From Lingula anatina (Eukaryota; Animalia; Brachiopoda): a stretch of DNA of 64,000 nt. Each line of letters begins with the position of its first letter. Position 1 is the stretch's first letter. The stretch is from NCBI GenBank assembly GCA_051362555.1, contig CM120641.1, positions 37,950,401-38,014,400 of the forward strand, in the 5' to 3' direction. Below, one piece after another: positions 1 through 11,375 of the stretch. The translations under genes and the position numbers were made by a program. The notes under the pieces are model-generated. The model was not told where the DNA came from and searched no databases. It was given only the letters and a program-made list of their open reading frames with translations.

Positions 1-225
1 TGTGAGTGATAAAATAAAAACAAAATAATGAGCTCAATGTATTATTTGAATGTCTTAAAAGGTGTGTGCTTTCTGTTGAACTTAGTGTGCAGATTTTATT
101 GTATCTTTTGTAATTTTTTTTTATGCAGTCACAAAAATAAATGAAATAACTAAGTAGACAAAAATGGAATTGAGTGAGAATTATATTTTCATAATTATTT
201 TAAAACAGTTTATTCTTATTTCCAG

Positions 226-1023
226 CTTGGACCTAATGTAACTGTTGGAAAGAATGTAGTCATTGGTGAAGGTGTAAGAGTTCGAGAGTCCCTGGTTTTA
301 GAAGGATCAACAATACTGGTAGGTTTACAGGCTTGTTGGATGAAACTGATTAATTTCCTGTATTAAATAGATTTTACAGCCTTTAATACAGTAACATTTT
401 AATGGAAGGTTGGCTTTTTCACGTGTTTTATCACTGTAGAATAAAAAAACATTTTTCTTAATATAGAATTTGATTAAGGAGCCACAGTAGATGTTAATGG
501 TTGAATCAGGTAATACTCAGTAAAAAATCCATGATATATTTTAATTAAAAACAGCATTAAGCAGCACAAAAGCTATATTGAAGTGTGTATTTGTAGGACC
601 ACACCTTAATTCTGTACAGTATTATTGGCTGGAATAGTGTGGTTGGTTCCTGGAGCAGAGTGGAAGGCACACCAAATGATCCCAATCCCAACAAACCATT
701 TGCTAAACTGGAGGTCTCCGATCTTTTCAACTCAGAAGGGAAACTTAATCCTTCAATTACTGTAATAGGTAAGGCTCCCTTGCATAGCAGTGTATGTGTG
801 ATTCTGGCTACTTTATTGTCTGAATGTATTAGTATTCTCCCAACCATATAATATCATTTACATTTTGATTTCTAGATGAGTTCAAGATTCTAATTTGTAG
901 TGAAATTTTATTTTATTTATAGGCTCCAATGTACAAATCCCCTCAGAAGTTGTCATCTTGAATTCCTTAGTACTGCCACACAAAGACTTGGGCAGAAGTT
1001 ACAAGAACCAGATAATTCTATAA
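226..1023 (+). CDS. GMPPA: Mannose-1-phosphate guanylyltransferase alpha, last three exons (226-318, 597-768, 923-1023); 5' part outside the window
   Basis: GT-AG exons splice in frame to [68 protein letters not shown]...[41 protein letters not shown], matching the GMPPA hexapeptide-repeat C-terminus. Confidence 0.95.
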
Positions 1024-3831
1024 ATACCAGTAGGATCTGCCATTTTAACGTGGCCTGCTCTCTAAAGAAGTTTAGAAAGCTCATATCCGAACAATGGGGA
1101 GACACTGGATTATTTAATCAAATGTGTGAACTAAGCGTATATCCTTTTGGGTATGTTAGATAGACTACATGTATATACATAGAAAAGGCAATGCATTCTT
1201 TGTTTTCTAATATTCAGCTGTATTTTATGGTGCCACATTTGTATCATGCTGGACAAAGTAACATGTGACAGCTTTATTTTTTTCCATGTGTTACATATAT
1301 TTACATTCCTGATTTAAACAATATTTTAAGTCTATAAATTGAATAGACTATAAGAATATTCTACCAAAATATTCATCTGCCTAGCAAGTGGATAGTTATT
1401 TTTCAATCATCTTTGTGCCTTGTAACTTGTTTTATTGCAACTTGTTTTGGTCCGTGCAGGCCAATATTTACATGAGATGTGTGATATTTTATATGCAACA
1501 AGTGCACCATTTTTCCGAATCTAGTTCAGTGCAATTGCCTGTGAAGAATATTGAGCAATGGCTACAGTTACACATTGGTTACTCCTTGTTTGTCAGTCAT
1601 GTAAAGGTTTTAAAATGGGGTTCCTACTTTAGGTATTGTATGGAAAGGGTTTAAGACAAATACTTAATGGAAGTGTGTTATTGCAAGCAATGGGGTGATG
1701 TTAGGGTATTGCAATTTATGGATGCCTTTGAGTGGTTTTCTGTGATATTCTTAAGACTTTTTCTTACGTAATTAGAGCAGTAGTTTGGGGATAAAAGCGC
1801 AATCATCTTCCATTGTTATAGAGTATACTTGAGGTTATAGGTATCTATAACTTTAGACGAGGAATGGATCAAAGTTGTGCTCAAGATCCAAAGAATGACA
1901 AGTTTGTCTTCCTAATAAAAAGGAAGCACTGAAAAGAAACATAGATATGTATACTTTTAAATAACCATTGGCCTAAACACAGGTTTGTGATTCCTTCGGT
2001 GTTTTTTTTTTTTTTTTTTCCTTTCAAATTTCTTAAGACAGTGGCAATTTCAGAACAAGTTGATCCCTGGACTAACAAATCCATGGATCAATAATGGTCA
2101 AAGCACTTAAAAGCAATGCCATCTTATCCTCTAATGGATTCCCCACATCCTAAACATACAGGGGCACAGAAATAAAATCTCAGCTCAACTTTGATCAGGG
2201 TGCAATTCGTTCTTATGTTGATATTGGTTTTGTTTCCTACGCCTGATCAGAATGGAGCTGGATGCAGGGATGCCACTTGTGGGAGCTGCAGGGGCATTGC
2301 TTTAAAGTGGGTTGGTCATATTTGATCTGCGGATCTGTCAGTCCGCGGATGTGAATCAACTTGTTCTGAAGGCACCCTAAGATGGCCATGAAAAAGAGTG
2401 GGAAAGAATGTCTGGAAATTGGGGAAAAAAACTGTGGAAACGACATCTGACCATTTGCAGCATGAGGGGCTTCAACTGGATGGAAATTGAATCTCCTTGT
2501 TACTGGTAATGCAGGTGGTATGCATAATTGTATTGTCTTATACTGAAAATGGGTTCTTCTTAATGGTTAATAAAGGAATTCCTTGTTAAATTGTCCGAGC
2601 ATTTCTTTATTGGGCAGCAGAAAAAATACAGTTCTGGGTCAGTTATGAAAAATACAGAAATTCCACAAGATAAAGTGTGTGTGGACATATATGCCTTTCT
2701 GACTTACTTCAATTGCACAGAGTCGATAACAGATTGCAGTGAGAAATAATATTCTTTAAACTTGGATTGCCAGTATAATTGATAAATGGTACATTACACA
2801 CATTCTACAGCCTCTTTGGAGGCGATCTAATGCCAACCCTTATGATGTGTACCAAATCCAATTTAACTTAGTTCTTATATGGCATTACAAATAACATTCG
2901 TGTATTATAGATAAACAACTGCCAGGAAGACTTTGTGTACAGGTACAACTGGTCGATTACATGCCTTATAAACATATTACAACATATTTACCTTTGGTGT
3001 GCTTTGATGGTGTTGCAACAAATCAATTCCTTTGAACCACCTTTTACTCACAATAAGTGATTCCTGCTGCATATATATACTTTACATGGATAGTCAACTA
3101 CACATACATAACAAAAACACTGAATATGAATTGTTACCACATGAAGTACAGGTATATCATAACACTTTCTTAAAATAAAAGAGGATCACTGCCTTTAAAC
3201 CTCAATATGTAAAATATCTCAGAACTCAGCATATAATGAAAAGACATCTTTGATGCACACATATTCATGTTAGACAAATGCTCTAACAGTTTCATACAAC
3301 TGTCAGGAAATGCCTTTTAGCAGCACAAAAAAAAAAAAAAATTAATTTTTTCATAACAGACCACCTGTCTGATACTACTGTATCTGTAGATACATAGTGC
3401 CATGAAAAATCTTAACTCAACCAATATCATAAAAAAGGTTATTTTTTCTTTCAATATAAGTCTGCATACACCAATATCTCTTAATTTCAAACATACATAC
3501 AACAAAGTTTAAGTTGAAAGCACAACATAAAACAGTCAATTAACATCAGTGATTATACAAACTTACCTGTTTCATATTAAAAAAGGTTACCTTATCTATT
3601 AGGTATTATTCAGTCATTAAAAAAAATCTATATGCACCTTTGAATACAATAGCGCCCTCTTAAAATTATTTTGCCTAATATCGTATTATATGCTTGTGTA
3701 TCTACAGCAGCACAACTCTGAGCAAGTTCTGAATATTATTATTAAGTTTTAGCAGATACAGCTGATTTATGTATCTTATTACTAGTTCAATCATTCCTGC
3801 AAAATACCCCCCATCTCACACACATAAGCCT

Positions 3832-3872
3832 TCTCTCTCTCTCTCTCTTTCACACACACACAAACACACACA
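3832..3872. repeat. Compound (CT)n/(CA)n microsatellite downstream of the SOCS7-like stop codon
   Basis: Directly visible dinucleotide runs. Confidence 0.85.
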
Positions 3873-4140
3873 GCTAATGTTCAGGAGTCTTTATATTCAT
3901 GAAAGACACACTGATCTAGATTGCACAGTTAAATTTACATAGTGGACTATCTAAGTTTAGCAATTATAGTTCAGCCCAAAATCTTGAGTCTTTTCTTGTA
4001 ACAGGTCCTAGGCACGTACTCATTTAAAAGTTCATTTATCTGAGTCCTCAAATTATTATATATGGTTTCTGCCAAGTATTTATTTTATTCCTCTGAATCA
4101 TGAACATAACACTATATGCTTCTGCCACATATTCCTGAGC

Positions 4141-7100
4141 CTATTCCTCAGAATCCTCAATATAATACTGGGCCTCTGCCAAATATTCCCTAGTCTTTGA
4201 AGGCAAAGGCAGTACATCAATGTGATCTCTTCGTACACATTTCAGGATAATGAAGCGGCACATATGCTGAAGTGAGCGCATTTTTTGGTATCGCGAGAAT
4301 GGGAACAGTAGAGAGACAGGAAAAGGTGGAAGGCCTGGAGCATGAGGTCGCATGAAGTATAAAAACTGGTGTGTCCTTGAATGTTCCATTGCTTTCTGTA
4401 TGAATTCTACAATGGAGTCATGGCCATGGGACTCTGGCTGTGTGTAAAAGCTGAAGTGACCTGAGAAGGACAAGGAGGCAAATAAAATTGTTCATTGACA
4501 ACTTGCAAGCTTTCATTTGAAAATGCTAAGCACTTTTTAAATTGCATCATCTGTTTTCATAAACTGTTAATTATAGCTTGAATGCAACTTAAAGAGACCT
4601 AGCCTCAAATCATATTATCTTGAATCAAGCAGTGTTGTACATGCTTTAGATTTCAACAGATCAATACGCATTTGACATCTTAACTGAATTTAGAATGGGA
4701 TTACAGCATTCACCACTAAATATAAAAGTACTAATTCAAAATTGAATACCTTTGTGATGCTCAATCCTGGTATGGTGAGTTTGGCCATTAGACCTAAAGC
4801 TGAGGCTTAGAATGTAGTGTTCATCTGCACTGTCTCTGACCAAAAAAGCTCCGTCTGGCTTATCGTCAAGCTTAGCTTCTGCCTCCTGTGAGCTGAGTGG
4901 ACCCCAGTACCAACCAACCTGTATGTACATGTAGGAGTAAAAAAATACAGAACTAGTTTCAGATTACACAGAAAATTGCAAGAAGATGCCATTGGGAGAA
5001 CAGTTCATGTCCAATTTGTCTTTTTGTGTATTATAGCATTACTCAAAACTCAAGTAATTCAACTGAATTTTGAAATAATAGATATAATGCACAGAGATAT
5101 GTCAAAATGTAGACAAAAAATTCATATAAACTATGTAAATACCATTTTAGTAAACTGCATTTAGGTTTTATTGGTAACTGTGTGGTGGTTAAGGAGTAAT
5201 ATTGCCACAAACTTTTAAATCTTCCCTTTCTTGATAAAGTAAACATCATTTCGTTTACAGAGACTTCACATGAACATGTTGTTGCTTATTATAGATTACA
5301 TGTGTCTTAATGTGTTCTGCTTGGTTGCAGGGCTATGTTGTATCCGACATGATATGGAAATTTACTCTTCAGTAGACATATAGCAATGTCCACTTGTGTT
5401 ATTATAGATAAGGAACATCGGGTCACAACAACTTCCTGGTCAAACTAGAGGTTCTACATGGAAATACCATCAGACCCTTATGCATTGCAGTATAAAACCA
5501 CTGCCCTCAGGTAAAAAGATAATTCATTTTGTAAATATGTGATGTAAAACAAGAGCAATATCTAGGATAAGGCAAATGCCTCTTCCAAGTTGTTTCTATG
5601 TACCGAGTCGCTGCTTGTACATGGAGCTTAAATCAGAGTCTGCATTCTGTTTATAACAGTAAAACTTAATTTCATCGCAATCTTGCCCATGCAATACACG
5701 TCTATTTACAAACTGTTCATTTCATAAACTGAAGACAGATGCACAGGAAGAGAATAGTCAAATCATTACAAGATTATCTCAAATGCATTCCCCTTAATGC
5801 ACAATTTTGATTAAAAACATTACTTGTCAAAATTCTATTTAATATTCCTTCACAAAACCACAGGGTCTTAATCATACAGACAGCTATAAATTTCATTTAG
5901 AAAAACATAACTTTACACACATTTGTTACAGGCATGCCCCACTTTCAGACAAATACAAAATGACTATGATATTTCTTTACAACATTTCAACAACACATCT
6001 ATTTTCATAATATCATTTGTGATTTAGTAGGGTGCATGAAATATGCACAGAATACTCAAATAGGGTTATCAGAGCAAAAGAAACCTGTTTCAGTGCTAGT
6101 AACATCACCTCGAGTATTGACAAAAACCTAAAATTCGCCACACAAGAGCAGCTTAATCTATAAGACGTTTTTCAGCTCAATAAAACAGAGTTCTACATTT
6201 AAAGTGATAAGAGATAAAAAAATCAGGTGAACTTACATCCTTCAGGCATTCCAGTGCATCAATGCAGTTGTTTTTGACATTCCGTCTAGTAACTGAAAAG
6301 ACAGAACAAGTGAGATAATTTTGGTGATTCTGGGCATGAACATTATTGTCAGGAAAAAAAAGGTAGTAAAGGAGGAAGGAAAGTTAAAATACAAAATTTA
6401 CAGTAACACTGTGTCTGTATAAATAAAAATTAAATTCAAAGCCATACATTTCCCATAAGCAAATGACTTTAAAAACTTAAAAGAGAAGTAGGTATTGCTA
6501 AATAGCTGAACGCTTATTCAATCTGATTTCAAAAATGTGTAAACAGCTATATGTACATGACTGTCAAACTCAGGTAGTCAACTCTGTCTGATATTTATCA
6601 TTATCTGAATGTTTAATTTCATGCTTGACACCTTCATAATGGACAAATATATAACTGACATATGTGCATAGTCATCAGCAAAATTTGTCCATGTGTTCTT
6701 TTTATAGAATTTATTAACCAAAAAACTATTTATAACTTAACTACTTTCTATCAACATGATATGGCATATCAGAATCATATCATCATCAGGATCATAATCC
6801 ACCTTGCTATTCAAAACAGCTATCCAAGCTAGCCTGTACTTCATGTATTAATTATATCACAAACCACTTGATGCATAAAATCACCCCATCCACTGAAATG
6901 TGGAAATACACTTTAAAAGTCATTAACCAGTCTACAGGTTTGGTGCGATGTGGTTTATGGACAATAAATCATGTAAATAGCTTCTGCTTCTAAGACTAAA
7001 AGGATTTCCTTATATAATGTAAAGCCATTACTCTAAATTCAAATGTCTTGCAGTAAGGCTTTTTCGCCTTGCCACTTAACTAGATTTATAAAGATTTTCT

Positions 7101-8715
7101 CCATGAAAGATGCTACGTTTAAAAAACAGAGAGATATGTCACTAAAACACCACAATGGAACATAATGCTGATGAAGTAAATCTTTAATTATTGAAGCTGA
7201 CATGTTGAAGCTTCAGACAAATAATGCAATCACTGAGTATAACAATTTTACCTAACACGTACTAGTAGTCTTCCAGTGAATCAAATACTTACCTCTTGGG
7301 GTCTCTGGAGGGTGGGGAGAATGCTCCGTGCTAACATGAAAGCTGGAGCAAGTGGACTGCTTGGCCTGCTGACATATGCTACAGTCATGCTGTAGTTTAG
7401 ATTGGCTCCGTCTCACTTCTTCCAAACTCATGTGTATAGGTTCCTCATGTGAGTGCTGACATTCAACTGCATTAGTAGAGTTATTGTTCATGTTTGTATT
7501 AGTTTCTTGGAAAGTTACACTTTCATATGGACTATCTTGTTCAGCATCTTCGTTGCTGCTGTCAGTAGCTGAATTTTCTGCTTGTTTGACACCTGTGTCA
7601 TTTTTGACAGTGTTACTTAGAGTGTCAGCAGGAAAAGATGGTTCAGGTATTTGTTGCAAGGTGGTTATATTGCCTTTCTCCGTTTCCCCACAAGTATTTT
7701 CTTGTTGCTTTATAACCTCCAGTAAAGACTGAGACCGTTCATACCTTCTGTCAGGTATAGGCGGAGCATCTTCTCTTGCAGAATCGTCAAAATTGTTTTT
7801 CTCCTGAATTTCTCCACTTCCACAAGTGCTCTTCCGTTTCTGTGGTGGAGTAGCATACAAGTCCTCCACAGATTTAACTGATTTGGTTGGAGAGGTCTCA
7901 GTTTGCGAGTCAACTACATCCGTTTGTTGATTCACTTTATCCTGCTTGAATTGAAAATTGTCATAGGTTGGGAACTCACTCAGGCTACTTCTGAATTTTG
8001 CACTTTCTCTCCAAGCACTTTCTCTCTGTTTTAACTGCCAGTTGTCATACGTTGGGAAATCGCTCACACTGTTCCTCATTCCAGGACTTTCCAATAAATG
8101 CTTTCTAGATTCCTCATCATTAAGTAACACAGGACTAGAGGGAACTGAATGAGTATTGGGGACTCTCAGCAGAATATCAGCAGTCTCATAGCCACTATCG
8201 CTACTTGATTTCTCACCAGAGAAAGCGGTGTCTGTCAATGTGCCTTTTATAGAAGCTTGCTCTCTTTTTATTTCTTCTAAAGTAGCATAGTCTGGGTCTT
8301 CATCACTGAAGGAGCACCTGCTAGGAGGTATGGGGGAGGGCACAGTGGGAGGTGATGGGAGTGGTTTGGGGACAGTGCCGTCACTATGAGGCACAGCAAT
8401 GCTAATGCCATTTGAAGTTGGCTGCTTTGAAGAAATCACTGGTTCAGACTTCTGCAAGGTTGTTCTTTCATCTTGTTTACTTTGTGGTACTGCCGGTTTG
8501 TTGTTATTAACGGTTACTTGATGTGATGGATTGCTGACCTGGTTGTGTGGACGCAAAGCTGGGTCAAACGACGGCAGGTCATCCTCTCCAAACCTGCGAA
8601 ACGCAACCAAACTGGCCTGCCCACTGGTTCCAACCTGAGGCACATCAAATCGTCCCCTTTTGCCAACTCCTTTAAATTTATGCTTAATTCTATGCCAAAA
8701 TCCATTACTACTCAT
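4141..8715 (-). CDS. SOCS7: Suppressor of cytokine signalling, SOCS7-like (coding exons 8715-7293, 6292-6237, 4918-4750, 4460-4141)
   Basis: SH2 domain GWYWGPLS...PDGAFLVRDS...YILSLSFRSNGQTHHTRIEH, SOCS7-type linker FLYFMRPHAPGLPPFPVSLLFP, SOCS box SLQHMCRF...LPLP. Long disordered N-terminal exon; splice phases are compatible. Confidence 0.85.
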
Positions 8716-11249
8716 GGTGGCATCTGCATGAGCTGTGAATCTTAGGAACAGTCAGGTACGCAAAAGGAAACATCACAGATCACATGTCACCTGGTAAGAA
8801 AGAAAAGTTATGCAGAATTACCAGTCCGACAACATGTTCACTTGTCTAAAAGATGAAACATATGTTACCACAGTACCAAGCACCTGCTCTGGCGGTGACA
8901 AGATGATAGTTTCTGTTGGACAGATGTGTGGTTGACAGTTAAAATGAGTCATCACAGAATGCAATTAAATACACAGCGAGATATGAAGCACCAATTACAC
9001 GGCGCTATAACTTCAAAATTTTGCTCTGTTGGCAAAGTTTAACTGACAAATGTGGCAAAAAGTGTACAGCCAAAAAAATTTGGGATTATTCCAAATGTAA
9101 GAATTATAAGCCTAACTTTTGACCTAAGCCCATATTATCACTTTAAAAAGGTAAACTTTGTTCTTCTTAACATAAAGTTGTTGATATAATACAACGATCT
9201 CCATACACCACTCACATTAAGTCTATCTCACATTAAGTCTCATTTTATCTTTTTTGTGTTCACCAAATAAAGCAATGATTGGAAGGGATCAAAATACAAC
9301 ATTTAAAGTGGTCTTAATTGGCACATAATCAGACCTAGGTATGTCTCTGTGCAAACACTATAGAGTGACAACATCAAAACAGGAGAGACCTACCACTGCA
9401 AAGTCTGAGGTGAGGTCAACATATAAAAAACATATTATAATACACATTAAAATTATTACTATCTGCCACAACTAGAACTGGCATTTCACTTTAGCTTAAA
9501 TTGGAAATCCATATGTTACCTGAGCCATTTTTAAAGTTTCTTTTTCATAAACATTTTCATTTCTCTTTTAAATCAGGATGCTATCAAACTGTATTTATCT
9601 TAATTGCTCTACTATTGGCCATATTCCTATCAAACAGGAAGTCTTTATTTATACTGTACTTACCAAATGCAACATAATTCACCATATGCAGATCCATTGC
9701 AAATATTATCCTTACATAAGAGACACATACTAACAGGGTATATTCAAAACTTTAAGAAACATAAAATACAAACAAGATAGATATTTTTTTTTTCAATTTT
9801 TTCAACCCACACAAATATAGTTCTCAGAATCTGTGTCAGGCTCTCTAATAAAATGTGCCCAGGATGTGTCACCCAGACAAATTTGGACTCAGTTTACCTA
9901 CAGGCTATGATTTCTATTACTCAGAGCTAGGGCAAAGAGATAATAAACATATGTTGTAACATTCCAATACTGTTGAATACGTATAAAATTTATGGATAAA
10001 AAACTCTGAATAATTTACATGGGAACAAAAATCTTAAGGAATCTCAGAATTCATTAGAATTGAATTAAAAATCTCCGAATTCAAAGTTTTCTTGGAAAAA
10101 GGTTGCCCACATGCTGATATGATAAGGTTTATTTATACATCAACTGTAATTTAGCAGTGAACCTTATTTACTTCACAATTTTATCTAGAGCATAAATGGT
10201 AATCATTATTATTTCATGTGTTACTAACAAGAGAATTAAAACTGCAGTATGGTCCAATTAAGATGGGCTACCTCCATTTTCTAATAGTTCCGTAGTCAGA
10301 TAATCAGATAATCATAGTCATTTAATGGTAGTCATTTAATTTAGGAAAATTCTTACTTTGTTCTATCTTTGTTCTATCCTTCTTACTAGAATTTACTATT
10401 TTAATAAAGTATAAACTGGTCAACAGAAAAAAAAGAGATCCAGCAAAGAGGTTTATAATATATGTAGAGTTGCATGGTTAGTTATTTAATCTAACACAAT
10501 GAAAAAAAAAAAAATGTGAAAATGAGTTCAATACCATGCACAAATGAATACTTTGCCACTATCAGAAATAAGTATTTGAAATAAAAACCAATATAAACAT
10601 TAATGAAATGCATAACCTCAAACTTTTCATAGAATTAGACTTCTGTCATAATCTCAAAATAAGTAATAACATCAATGCATATATCCAAATCATTTTCCCT
10701 AGCACTGTCATCAATATTAACAGATGTGTTGTACAATAGAGTACAACAGAATATGTGTAAAAGATATAACCTCTGTAGAGCTGGGATTCTTCCACACATT
10801 TGCGTATATCTTCTTCGGCTAGTCAAAATTTTCTGGGCAAGTAGATTTTTGTGAGCTCTTGCCTAGAAAGGCAATAACTTGCAAGTGTCCAAAAACCAAC
10901 CCCCACAGAACTACAACATTTAACAGTTAAACCTAAAGAAGGTGACTATACAAAATTTAGAATACCATCTTCGTAGCCGAAGAGATTGGTTTTGGCACCA
11001 ATCCTCTCACACACTTACTGATATTAAGCATAACCAAGTCGGGGAGATTAGGGCAAATCTATTTTGTTTATGAATGAAATAAAGTTGGTTGATTGTATTA
11101 CCCTGCTAAAAAGTGGTACTGTACTCAGTAATTACAGAACATTTGGTCATGAATTACACATATCCATTTGAATGTGCCCGTCAGTTAAAATAATAAAATA
11201 TTCATTGTTTTCAACAGAAGAAGCGAAAATGATACTGGATGTATAGTCA

Positions 11250-11375
11250 CCTCAAGTTTCCTTCTGCTCTCCTTCCTCATTATGAAATCTCGCGAGAATT
11301 TCCGAAACTCGTTATGCTATGAGACATGCGCAGTGCCCTCGGAGAAGACCTCGTGGTGTTGCAGAAGCATTTGCG
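11250..11375. promoter_or_regulatory. Bidirectional promoter region for SOCS7-like (-) and NOP58 (+)
   Basis: Local CpG enrichment, TCTCGCGAGA palindrome at 11288-11297, CATGCGCAG (NRF1-like) near 11325, a minus-strand donor-like site (GAG|GTGACT) at about 11250, and the NOP58 ATG at 11376. Confidence 0.65.

Noticed and set aside
2050-2560. GC-richer, coding-like stretch between GMPPA and SOCS7-like
   Set aside because: Stops or frameshifts in all frames and no recognisable domain; could be UTR or a decayed repeat.
7060-7110. TTTCGCCTT resembling U5 snRNA loop I
   Set aside because: Only 9 nt match; the stem and Sm site are absent.
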